Assembly: GCA_964528285.1 (NCBI GenBank)
Contig: CAZGRZ010000003.1
Coordinates: 813 to 64,812 of the forward strand
DNA length: 64,000 nucleotides
Origin: an uncultured Bacteroides sp.
GTDB taxonomy: Bacteria > Bacillota > Clostridia > Oscillospirales > Acutalibacteraceae
Direction: 5' to 3'
Position numbers and translations under genes: made by a program. Of this stretch, positions 20,498 through 29,565 are shown piece after piece. The first letter of the stretch is position 1. Every line of letters begins with the position of its first letter. Under the pieces are notes generated by a model. It had not been told where the DNA came from. It saw nothing but the letters and a program-made list of their open reading frames with translations, and ran no database searches.

Positions 20498-21361
20498 TTA
20501 TTTAATATATTTAGCTCTTCTCTTATTTATCTCAACAAGACGCTTGTTAACAGATATAGAATCATAATTTTGCTTAGCTCTGATGAATATCCAAAACTTC
20601 CTACTGCATTTTTCACACTGCCCTGCGCCTTTGAAGGTGTTGTTACTATATTCATAATCACCGAAAACATTAATTTTTCCATTACACTCAGGACAAAACA
20701 GTTCAACGCTATTAACTTCAAAATTTTTGTTGTTCGGCTTTATTGAATATGGTTTAAATATCAATCTTTGAAAAAAATCTATATCACATTTATGAATGTA
20801 TTTTTTCAAATTTTCTTTATCATACACTTTTTTAAAACAAAGGGCCTCAACATAACAATCCTCAAGTGCTCTGTGAAGTGACAAGCTGTCAATGTCAATG
20901 CAAAAAAACTCGGCACATGACGAGAGGCTGATTTGATTTCCGTTATTACCTTGAACAAACTGCATACAATATTTTTGCAAATCGGCATAGGCAGTAATAA
21001 AGTCAATATGTCCGGAGCCTGTGAATTTAAGAAAATTATCAACAAGAGTATACAAATCACTCGTTGACCAGGTCATAAAGAGAGCTTCCTCTCCCTTTGT
21101 CCAGTCTGCAAATTCCTTGAAAGCAGATTTAAAATCAATACCGTTTTTTTTGATTTCCTCCATAGTAATGTTAGTTAAATTTTTAAATTTTGAGCCAAGC
21201 CGTTTACTGAGCTGAGGTTTTATTAATTGCTTAAAAGTATCAATAATTTCTAATCTGCTATTCAGTTTTACGGCACCTATCTCAATTATTTCATTCATAC
21301 CCTTACAGGTTTTATAATTGAAGACATTATTCCATTCTAAATCAAATATAATATAATTCAT
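20498..21361 (-). CDS. DEDDh 3'-5' exonuclease (KapD-like) with C-terminal zinc ribbon
   Basis: IFDLEWN, EIIEIGAVK, HRALED; CPEC...CEKC. Confidence 0.85.
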   Translation of the reverse strand: MNYIIFDLEWNNVFNYKTCKGMNEIIEIGAVKLNSRLEIIDTFKQLIKPQLSKRLGSKFKNLTNITMEEIKKNGIDFKSAFKEFADWTKGEEALFMTWSTSDLYTLVDNFLKFTGSGHIDFITAYADLQKYCMQFVQGNNGNQISLSSCAEFFCIDIDSLSLHRALEDCYVEALCFKKVYDKENLKKYIHKCDIDFFQRLIFKPYSIKPNNKNFEVNSVELFCPECNGKINVFGDYEYSNNTFKGAGQCEKCSRKFWIFIRAKQNYDSISVNKRLVEINKRRAKYIK

Positions 21362-21372
21362 AGTTCACCAAA

Positions 21373-21405
21373 AAAATTAACCTTGCACCAAGCAAGGTTA
21401 ATTTT
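21373..21405 (-). terminator. Intrinsic terminator after secG
   Basis: AATTAACCTTGC/GCAAGGTTAATT stem followed by T-run on minus strand. Confidence 0.7.
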
Positions 21406-21412
21406 AAAATTC

Positions 21413-21664
21413 TTATCCGATAAATAAAAATACGAGAAACGCAGCAAGCACGATAACAAAAAATCCAATAATCAACCACTTTGTAATTCTTTCAAGTTTT
21501 GCTTCAACAGTTCTGCCTTTTGATTTACCGAGAAAAGTTTCGGCACCACCGGCAATTGCACCTGAGAGATTCTGTGATCTGCCTTCCTGCATAAGTACTA
21601 CGATTGTTATAATAATAGATGCCAAAATCAATACAGCACCAAATACATAATGATACCAAGACAT
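21413..21664 (-). CDS. secG: Preprotein translocase subunit SecG
   Basis: Two TM helices around LMQEGRSQNLSGAIAGGAETFLGKSKGR; likely start MSWYH at 21664 (the upstream extension is the repeat element). Confidence 0.92.
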   Translation of the reverse strand: MSWYHYVFGAVLILASIIITIVVLMQEGRSQNLSGAIAGGAETFLGKSKGRTVEAKLERITKWLIIGFFVIVLAAFLVFLFIG

Positions 21665-21672
21665 AATAATTA

Positions 21673-21877
21673 CCATAGCCTTTCCGACTGCAAACAGTTC
21701 ATTAAAATCATCCATACGACTTGCTGCAGCCGGACAAGGCGTATAATGGCAGTTCAGCCATCTCAAATTATGCTTAGGCAAATTTTGAGAAATTCGATTG
21801 CGAGTACTTACAGTGTGTAAGCATTTGAATTTTAAAAAACGCAATCAGTTATATAGTCGGAATCAGTGTAAATTTTA
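21673..21877 (-). repeat. Dispersed structured 5'-UTR element, copy 2 (before secG), longest copy
   Basis: Same core as copies 1 and 3; 5' end TAAAATTTACACTGATTCCGA matches copy 3 TAAAATTCACACTAATCCGA. Confidence 0.9.
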
Positions 21878-21908
21878 CATAATTCCTCTGCTATTAAATT
21901 ACTTTTGG

Positions 21909-21937
21909 ATTATATCATAATAAGGTCAATATTGCAA
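21909..21937 (-). promoter_or_regulatory. Sigma-A promoter for secG
   Basis: TTGCAA-17 nt-TATAAT with extended TG. Confidence 0.75.
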
Positions 21938-21950
21938 GAACTTTTTTATT

Positions 21951-24191
21951 TTACAAAAAAGTAATTTGTTCAGCAATATCTTTTTCACTTAAAAGCGCAC
22001 CTGCGGCAGGCAGATTTTTTGCTCTGAAACGCCATTCTTTTTCAAACTCTCCGGGCTTATATAAGTGAATTGATTCAACCTTATGTGTTTTCTTCAGCTT
22101 CATAACAGAAACACCCTGGGTATCCTTAGTAGTTTTTGGTAAAATTCCTGCAGTATTAACAAGAAGCCTTCTTCCGCTTGAAGAACAGATAACAATATCT
22201 GTATCATCCTTGATATATACAGCCTGAGTCAGCGGAGCTTTGGCGGAATATGCCTTCAGCAGCTTTTTTCTGTTTGTCTTGGTTTCATAAGCAGAGACAT
22301 CAACCTTTGCAAGTTTACCGTTTTCAAAAACAAATATCATATAGCCTGTATACTCGCTTATTACTGCCATATATACAACCTTTTCGCCCTCGGTCATTTG
22401 AAGTTTACTCGGTACAAATTCACCAAGTAAAGATGCCTTTGTATCAACAAAATCATTAACCCTTGACTTGTAAACCTGCTGCATACTTGTAAAGAAAAGA
22501 AGCTCGTCCTTGTTTGAGCACTCAATTCCCGGGAGCATTTTATCCCCTTCCTTGAGCTTTTGCTCGCCGCTCAATCTAAGGTTTGCAGTTTTAATTTTTT
22601 TGAGATAGCCATGCTCTGAGAGGAAAAGTGTAACAGAATAGTTAGGGACTTCAACAGTTTCAACTATATTTTCTTCTTTAACATCATAAAGAATTTCACT
22701 CTTTCGTCCTGTATCATACTTTTTTGCAACACTTTCAAGCTCGCCGATTATGATTTTTTTCATTTTATTCTTGCTTAAAAGAGTTGTCTCAAGATTAGCA
22801 ATATCATCCTCAAGCTGTTCAATATCCTCAATTCTCTTAAGAATATACTCTCGGTTAAGATGACGGAGCTTTATCTCAGCAACATATTCTGCTTGAATTT
22901 CATCAATACCAAAGCCAATCATAAGATTAGGAACAACCTCAGCTTCACTTTCGGTTTCCCTGACAATCTTAACTGCCTTATCAATATCAAGAAGAATTTT
23001 TGACAAGCCCTTAAGGAGATGAAGCTGTTTTCTCTTCTTGTCAAGATTAAAATTAATTCTCCTTCTGATACATTCAAGTCTGAAATCAATCCATTCAAGA
23101 AGAATACTTTTGACACCGAGCACCATTGGTCTGCCTTTAATGAGAATGTTAAAATTGCAGCTGAATGTATCCTGAAGCGGTGTCATATTATAAAGCTTTG
23201 ACATAAATACATCAGGGTTAATTCCGCGTTTTAGATCAATTGTAATTTTAAGACCTGACAGATCCGTCTCATCACGGATATCGTTGATTTCTTTAATTTT
23301 ATTTGTCTTAACAAGTTCAATGATTTTATCGATAATTGCCTCAGAGGTTGTAGTAGGCGGAATTTGAGTTATGTCAATACAGTTGTATTTTTTGTCATAA
23401 GAATACCTTGCACGAACCTTTACTGAGCCTCGACCCGTATTATAAATCTTATCAAACTCATCCTTATCATAAATGATATATCCGCCTCCGACAAAATCGG
23501 GAGCAACGATCGTATCGCTGACAATATGGTCGGGATTTTTCATCAAAGCAATAGTTGTGTCACATATTTCCTTAAGATTGAATGAGGCTATTGAGGATGC
23601 CATACCTGCGGCGATACCTGTTGTTACATTACAAAGTACAGTCGGAAAAGTTACAGGCAAAAGAGTGGGCTCTTTCATCGTATTATCATAGTTGTCGACA
23701 AAATCAACCGTATCGAGTTTAATATCATCAAAGAGTTCATGGCAAATCGGTGCAAGCTTAGCCTCAGTATAACGAGAAGCTGCATACATCATATTTTTAC
23801 TGTAAGCTTTACCAAAATTACCCTTTGACTCAACAAATGGATAAAGTAAGGTCTCGTTACCTCTTGAAAGACGCACCATTGTTTCATAAATCGCTGCATC
23901 GCCGTGAGGATTAAGCTGCATTGTACGTCCAACAATATTCGCACTTTTAATAGTTCCTCCCTGAAGAAGCCCCATATTATACATAGTATAAAGCAACTTC
24001 CTATGTGATGGCTTGAAGCCGTCTATTTCAGGGAGGGCTCTTGAAAGAATAACGCTCATTGCATAAGGCATAAAATTACCGGTAAGGGTATCTGTTATTA
24101 ACTCATCCTGAACAAGTCCTGCACCTTTAATATGAACATTATCATCAAGGGGTTTATTCTTTTTTTCAGTTTCTTTTTTTCTTTTTGCCAA
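21951..24191 (-). CDS. Type IIA DNA topoisomerase subunit A (ParC/GyrA family)
   Basis: RALPEIDGFKP, PHGD, AASRYTE catalytic Tyr, beta-pinwheel C-terminus; no QxRGGxG GyrA box seen; TTG start. Confidence 0.9.
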   Translation of the reverse strand: MAKRKKETEKKNKPLDDNVHIKGAGLVQDELITDTLTGNFMPYAMSVILSRALPEIDGFKPSHRKLLYTMYNMGLLQGGTIKSANIVGRTMQLNPHGDAAIYETMVRLSRGNETLLYPFVESKGNFGKAYSKNMMYAASRYTEAKLAPICHELFDDIKLDTVDFVDNYDNTMKEPTLLPVTFPTVLCNVTTGIAAGMASSIASFNLKEICDTTIALMKNPDHIVSDTIVAPDFVGGGYIIYDKDEFDKIYNTGRGSVKVRARYSYDKKYNCIDITQIPPTTTSEAIIDKIIELVKTNKIKEINDIRDETDLSGLKITIDLKRGINPDVFMSKLYNMTPLQDTFSCNFNILIKGRPMVLGVKSILLEWIDFRLECIRRRINFNLDKKRKQLHLLKGLSKILLDIDKAVKIVRETESEAEVVPNLMIGFGIDEIQAEYVAEIKLRHLNREYILKRIEDIEQLEDDIANLETTLLSKNKMKKIIIGELESVAKKYDTGRKSEILYDVKEENIVETVEVPNYSVTLFLSEHGYLKKIKTANLRLSGEQKLKEGDKMLPGIECSNKDELLFFTSMQQVYKSRVNDFVDTKASLLGEFVPSKLQMTEGEKVVYMAVISEYTGYMIFVFENGKLAKVDVSAYETKTNRKKLLKAYSAKAPLTQAVYIKDDTDIVICSSSGRRLLVNTAGILPKTTKDTQGVSVMKLKKTHKVESIHLYKPGEFEKEWRFRAKNLPAAGALLSEKDIAEQITFL

Positions 24192-24205
24192 AGCTATAAC
24201 CCCCC

Positions 24206-26185
24206 TTAGCTTAGATCTGCCGCATCAAGATAAAGATGACCATAATCCGAAATATATTCTTTTCTGCCGTCAAGATTGTCACCGAGAAGCAAGTCAAACA
24301 TCTTTGAGGTCTTTTCGGCATCATCAGTTGTAACCTTGATTAAACGCCTTGTTGCAGGATTCATGGTTGTGAGTGCCATCATCTCTGCTTCATTTTCGCC
24401 AAGACCTTTTGAACGCTGAACTGTATATTTTTTATTACCTATTTCCGCCTTGATTTCATCCATCTCAGCCTCATTATAAGCAAAATAAGTTTGGTCACTG
24501 CATTTAACCTCATAGAGCGGAGATTCGGCAATATAGACTTTTCCTGCTTCAATGAGCTTAGGCATAAGGCGGTAAATCATAGTCAGAATAAGTGTTCTTA
24601 TATGAAATCCGTCAACATCGGCATCAGTACAAATCAAAATTTTTGACCAACGAAGATTATTCATATCAAATAGAGAGATACCCTTTGCAACCTTGCTGCT
24701 AACCTCAACACCACAGCCGAGCACCTTAATCAAATCAGTAATAATCTCACTCTTGAATATCTTGTCATAGTCAGACTTAAGGCAGTTCAAAATTTTACCG
24801 CGAACAGGAATGACAGCCTGAAATGATGCGTCTCTTGCCTGCTTGCAGGCACCCAGTGCCGAGTCGCCCTCTACTATGAAAACCTCTCTTTCGTTAACAT
24901 CTTTTGATCGGCAGTCAACAAATTTCTGGATTCTGTTTGTCAAATCCATTTTAGACTGCAAGGAATTTTTAATGGTTTTCCTTGTATTTTCAGCCTTGAC
25001 TCTTGCACGCATATTAATAATAACCTGATTGGCAATCTTATCAGCATCCAACTTATTCTCAATAAAATAAACCTCAAGCTGCTTTTTAAAGAAATCAGTC
25101 ATTGCCTCCTGAATGAACTTATTTGTTATTGCCTTCTTGGTCTGGTTTTCATATGAAGTTTGTGTTGAAAATGAAGAGACAACAAAAATTATACAATCTT
25201 CAACGTCCTGAATATTAATCTGTGAGTCGGTTTTAGTATATTTATTGTTTGCTTTAAGGTAATTATTTATCTGTGCTGCAAATGCACTTCTGAATGCTTT
25301 TTCTGGGGCACCTCCGTGTTCAAGATAGCTTGAATTATGAAAATATTCCTTAAGCTGTGTTTTTAGTGAAAAGCACAATGATGCTTTTATTTTAAGCTTA
25401 TATTCAGGCAAATCCTCGCGGTCCTTGCCTTTACGTTCACATTCCCAATACTGAGGTACAGTGAAAGCATCGTCTCCAGCTATTTCCTTGACATAATCCA
25501 TAATACCGTCATTATAGCAGTATTCAAATGTTTCAAACTTTGAAGCATTAAGCTGATTTTTTAATATGAACTTAATACCGTCATTGACGACAGCCTGCTT
25601 TTTTATCGTGTCCTGAAAATATTCAAGAGGAATATTAATATCTGTAAAAACATCAAGGTCCGGCTTCCACCTTATACGTGTACCTGTATCCTTTTTGTCA
25701 TATTTCTCCTTTTTCAGACCTCCTGTATTTTTGCCCTTTTCAAAATGGAGAGTAAATTTATATCCGTCTGCGTGAACTTCAGCGTCCATATACTCTGACG
25801 CATATTGTGTTGCACAAAGGCCGAGACCGTTTAATCCGAGAGAATATTCATAATTTTGCTCACCGTCATCATATTTACCGCCTGCATACATTTCACAGAA
25901 AAGAAGTTCCCAATTATATTTATCTTCATTTTTATTATAATCAACAGGAATACCGCGTCCGAAATCCTGCACCTCAATTGAGGCGTCAAGGAAACGGGTA
26001 ATAACAATTTTGCTGCCATATCCTTCCCTTGCTTCATCAATAGAATTTGATAAGATTTCAAACATCGCATGCTGACAGCCGTCAAGACCGTTTGAACCGA
26101 AAATAACAGCTGGTCTTTTACGGACACGGTCAGCACCCTTTAATGACTTTATACTTTCATTACCATACTCTTTTTTCTTAGGCAA
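24206..26185 (-). CDS. Type IIA DNA topoisomerase subunit B (ParE/GyrB family)
   Basis: EILSNSIDE GHKL motif, DFGRGIP, VEGDSA, PVRGKILN, TDADVDG, KGLGE; TTG start. Confidence 0.92.
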   Translation of the reverse strand: MPKKKEYGNESIKSLKGADRVRKRPAVIFGSNGLDGCQHAMFEILSNSIDEAREGYGSKIVITRFLDASIEVQDFGRGIPVDYNKNEDKYNWELLFCEMYAGGKYDDGEQNYEYSLGLNGLGLCATQYASEYMDAEVHADGYKFTLHFEKGKNTGGLKKEKYDKKDTGTRIRWKPDLDVFTDINIPLEYFQDTIKKQAVVNDGIKFILKNQLNASKFETFEYCYNDGIMDYVKEIAGDDAFTVPQYWECERKGKDREDLPEYKLKIKASLCFSLKTQLKEYFHNSSYLEHGGAPEKAFRSAFAAQINNYLKANNKYTKTDSQINIQDVEDCIIFVVSSFSTQTSYENQTKKAITNKFIQEAMTDFFKKQLEVYFIENKLDADKIANQVIINMRARVKAENTRKTIKNSLQSKMDLTNRIQKFVDCRSKDVNEREVFIVEGDSALGACKQARDASFQAVIPVRGKILNCLKSDYDKIFKSEIITDLIKVLGCGVEVSSKVAKGISLFDMNNLRWSKILICTDADVDGFHIRTLILTMIYRLMPKLIEAGKVYIAESPLYEVKCSDQTYFAYNEAEMDEIKAEIGNKKYTVQRSKGLGENEAEMMALTTMNPATRRLIKVTTDDAEKTSKMFDLLLGDNLDGRKEYISDYGHLYLDAADLS

Positions 26186-26224
26186 AACATTCCCTCCAAA
26201 CAGAAGTTCATATACTGTGATATA

Positions 26225-26240
26225 ATACTATATATTGTGT
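26225..26240 (-). promoter_or_regulatory. Candidate NrdR box overlapping the topoisomerase promoter
   Basis: Minus strand ACACAATATATAGTAT versus NrdR consensus acaCwAtATaTwGtgt; lies within TTGACT-17-TATTAT. Confidence 0.5.
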
Positions 26241-26262
26241 CAAAAGTCAAGAATTACCGAAA

Positions 26263-26290
26263 AAGGCAGTAGCAATTGTGCTACCGCCTT
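26263..26290 (-). terminator. Intrinsic terminator after ftsH
   Basis: Minus strand AAGGCGGTAGCA...TGCTACTGCCTT then TTT. Confidence 0.75.
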
Positions 26291-26296
26291 CAAATA

Positions 26297-28285
26297 TTAA
26301 TCTTTATTATTTTCGTCAATGCTATCTTCAGCAGTCTTATTTTCGGCTGTGTCATTAAGAGCTTCGGTATCAGCTGTTTCTTTCTTTTCCTCAGCTTCAA
26401 CTGTTATCTCTTCAGAATTTTCATTAATATAGCCGTTCTCAATAAGTGATGTAAATTCTTCTTTGTTGAGTTTTTCTTTCTCAATAAGAGTATTTGCAAC
26501 AAGCTCAAGCTTATCCATATGCTGCTTAAGAATATCCTCGCATCGTTTGTAAGCTTCCTGAACAATGCGGATAACTTCCTCATCGATCTTCGCTGCTGTC
26601 TTTTCAGAATAATCCTTAACCTGGCCATAATCTCTTCCAAGGAATACTTCCTGATTGCCGCCGCCGAAATTAATCGGTCCAATGGTATCACTCATACCAT
26701 AGCGTGTAACCATCTCTCTGGCAATCTTTGAGGCACGCTCAATATCGTTTGACGCGCCTGTTGAAATATCACTTAGGGTTAGTGCCTCTGCAACTCTGCC
26801 GCCGAGAAGAACAACGAGTTCATCAAGCATTTCAAGCTTTGAGTTATAGCTCTTATCCTCTGAAGGAAGGCTCATTGTATATCCGCCTGCCATACCTCTC
26901 GGAATAATGCTGATTTCATGCACATCATCCTGAGATTCAAGATAGTGCGTTGCAATTGCATGTCCTGCCTCATGGAATGCAGTTAGTTTAACTTCCTTAT
27001 CACTCAACTTATGGGATTTTTTCTCAGTACCCATAATTACCTTAAGCATAGCTTCCTGAATTTCAACACTTGTAATTGCTTTTAATTTTCTGCGGGCAGC
27101 AAGCAAAGCAGCCTCGTTCATAAGATTTTCAAGGTCAGCGCCTACAAAACCGATTGTTCCCTTTGCAATATCAGAAAGATTAACATCCGGAGCAAGAGGT
27201 TTATTTCTGGAATGGACCTTAAGAATTTCTTCTCTTCCCTTTGTATCAGGTCTTCCGACAGCAACCTGTCTGTCAAATCTTCCCGGTCTTAGAAGTGCAG
27301 GGTCAAGAACATCCGGTCTGTTTGTTGCTGCTATTATGATTACGCCTTCATTAACACCGAAGCCATCCATTTCAACGAGCAGCTGATTAAGCGTCTGTTC
27401 TCTTTCGTCATTTCCGCCGCCCATACCGGCACCTCTCTGGCGTCCGACAGCATCAATTTCATCAATGAATATTATTGAAGGAGACTTTTTCTTTGCCTGA
27501 TCAAAAAGATCTCGTACTCTTGAAGCACCGACACCGACATACATTTCAACAAAATCAGAACCTGAAATTGAAAGAAACGGCGCACCTGCTTCCCCTGCAA
27601 CAGCACGTGCAAGGAGTGTTTTACCTGTACCCGGAGGTCCTATAAGAAGAACGCCCTTTGGTATTCTTGCACCAAGCTGGGTAAATCTTTCGGGTTCTTT
27701 TAAAAAATCAACAAGTTCTTCAAGTTCAGCCTTTTCTTCATCACATCCCGCAACATCAGCGAAGGTTGTTTTACGCTTTTCATCGTCAACAAGGCTCTTT
27801 GCCCTAATTCTGCCAAAACCTAATGTCCTGTTAGTCTCGCTGTTCATTGTACTGCTCATTTTTTTCAATACATAAACTGCCAGTGCAACTGATAGACCTA
27901 TCATAAGAAGAGACGGAAGTAGACTTACAATCCAATTACTTGATGTGCCTTTTTCATAATCAAATGTTATTTGATTATCGGGATTTTTTGAATTATATTC
28001 TTCAACATCATCTCTGATATCATCAAGAAAGTACGCCACATTCGGAACAGAATACTGTTGCTCTTTTTTAGGTTCCTTAAATGTTTTGAATGTGAGGTTA
28101 CCGCTTGATAAGTCAAGTGAAAAATCCTTCACCTCGTCATTTTTAAACATAGAAACAATTTCAGAATACTTAACATCAACCTTATTCTGTTGGTTTCCAA
28201 CATATATAATTGAAGCAATAAGCACTCCGAAAATCAGCAAATAAAGTATAACTGATTTCCAATTTTTTGTCATCTTACTACCCAT
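26297..28285 (-). CDS. ftsH: ATP-dependent zinc metalloprotease FtsH
   Basis: Two TMs, [15 protein letters not shown] (LLRPGRFDR), HEAGH. Confidence 0.97.
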   Translation of the reverse strand: MGSKMTKNWKSVILYLLIFGVLIASIIYVGNQQNKVDVKYSEIVSMFKNDEVKDFSLDLSSGNLTFKTFKEPKKEQQYSVPNVAYFLDDIRDDVEEYNSKNPDNQITFDYEKGTSSNWIVSLLPSLLMIGLSVALAVYVLKKMSSTMNSETNRTLGFGRIRAKSLVDDEKRKTTFADVAGCDEEKAELEELVDFLKEPERFTQLGARIPKGVLLIGPPGTGKTLLARAVAGEAGAPFLSISGSDFVEMYVGVGASRVRDLFDQAKKKSPSIIFIDEIDAVGRQRGAGMGGGNDEREQTLNQLLVEMDGFGVNEGVIIIAATNRPDVLDPALLRPGRFDRQVAVGRPDTKGREEILKVHSRNKPLAPDVNLSDIAKGTIGFVGADLENLMNEAALLAARRKLKAITSVEIQEAMLKVIMGTEKKSHKLSDKEVKLTAFHEAGHAIATHYLESQDDVHEISIIPRGMAGGYTMSLPSEDKSYNSKLEMLDELVVLLGGRVAEALTLSDISTGASNDIERASKIAREMVTRYGMSDTIGPINFGGGNQEVFLGRDYGQVKDYSEKTAAKIDEEVIRIVQEAYKRCEDILKQHMDKLELVANTLIEKEKLNKEEFTSLIENGYINENSEEITVEAEEKKETADTEALNDTAENKTAEDSIDENNKD

Positions 28286-29565
28286 TAACAATCCTCCGAA
28301 GGAAGTCTTAAAGACAATATATTTTTTGTATTAGCATCAACTTTAACGCGCTCATCAACACAGTAGCCAACAACTCCGATAACCGAACATTCATCAGCAA
28401 CAACTGCAACCGAGCTGCGCAGCTCCTGCGGTATTTTCAGCTCATTAAAAAATTTTTTCAACGACTTGGAGCAGTGTCTGCCGGCAGGGTGAATGACATC
28501 TCCTGACTGCCTCGGTCTAACATTGACCTTTCCGATAATTTTATCATAGTCACAATAAAAATCAACACTTTTTTTATCAAGTTTAGAAATTTTTAAAATT
28601 TCGGAAACAAAAGTAAAATTATTATTGTTTTCAGAAAAGTCAGCAAATCTTAAATATCCGCCGTCTGAAATCCCGTAATAATTACCGCAAATTTGAACTC
28701 TGCCATTCTTGTCAAGTAACGGTAATATTGAATTAAGATGAAGTCTGTCAAGATTAATTCCAAAGGAAGAAAAATATTTTATAATAATTCTCTTTATTAT
28801 TGACTTATCATATTTATTTAGTATATTTATGTCAAGCTTATTATATACTAATACCTCATTATAAACTGAATTTGAAAAAGAATATATAAAATTTCTATCC
28901 TCATTCAAATCATTTATCATATTTGAAATTGCAGTTTCTGCTTCAGGATTGATGTGACACATTTCAGGAAGCAATATATTTCTGATATAATTTCTGCTGT
29001 ATTCATCTGAGGAGTTTGTACTGTCAATTCTGTACTCAATGCTGTGGATATCACAATATTCTCTGATATCCTCAGAGGGTATTTCAATCAAAGGTCTGAT
29101 AATTTTATCCCGGATTGCAGGTATACCGCATAATCCATTTATGCCGGTTCCCCTGCAGAGCCTGAAAAGCACGGTTTCAACATTATCACTTAAGTTATGC
29201 GCAGTTGCAATTTTATCACATTCAATTGTATCAAAAAATTCATAGCGCTTTTGCCTTGAATATTCTTCAACGCCAAGGCCCGCCGCTCTGCTTTCATTAA
29301 CAGCATCTATTGATAAAAGATGAAATTCAACATCGTTTTTTTGACAAAAGGTTTCAACAAAAACGGCATTTTCAACAGACTCTTCCCCTCTTATTCCATG
29401 CTCAATATGAGCAACGCAGAGAGACAAATTATATTTATCTCTTATTGACAAAAAATAATTAAGCAATAGCATTGAGTCAGCTCCGCCTGAACAGGCTACA
29501 AGAACTCTGTCACCGGGTGATATCATATTATATTTTTTAATTGTTTTTGAAATACGATTATTCAT
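28285..29565 (-). CDS. tilS: tRNA(Ile)-lysidine synthetase
   Basis: SGGADS PP-loop, [25 protein letters not shown]. Confidence 0.95.
   Translation of the reverse strand: MNNRISKTIKKYNMISPGDRVLVACSGGADSMLLLNYFLSIRDKYNLSLCVAHIEHGIRGEESVENAVFVETFCQKNDVEFHLLSIDAVNESRAAGLGVEEYSRQKRYEFFDTIECDKIATAHNLSDNVETVLFRLCRGTGINGLCGIPAIRDKIIRPLIEIPSEDIREYCDIHSIEYRIDSTNSSDEYSRNYIRNILLPEMCHINPEAETAISNMINDLNEDRNFIYSFSNSVYNEVLVYNKLDINILNKYDKSIIKRIIIKYFSSFGINLDRLHLNSILPLLDKNGRVQICGNYYGISDGGYLRFADFSENNNNFTFVSEILKISKLDKKSVDFYCDYDKIIGKVNVRPRQSGDVIHPAGRHCSKSLKKFFNELKIPQELRSSVAVVADECSVIGVVGYCVDERVKVDANTKNILSLRLPSEDC

Noticed and set aside
21665-21844. Shared peptide HYTPC.AA.SR...FN.LFA.GKAM in the extended secG ORF and ORF 11579-11836
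   Set aside because: It follows from nucleotide similarity of the repeat. Copy 3 has an in-frame TGA (GCT GCA TGA), and the frame relative to the downstream gene differs between copies, so a conserved peptide is unlikely.
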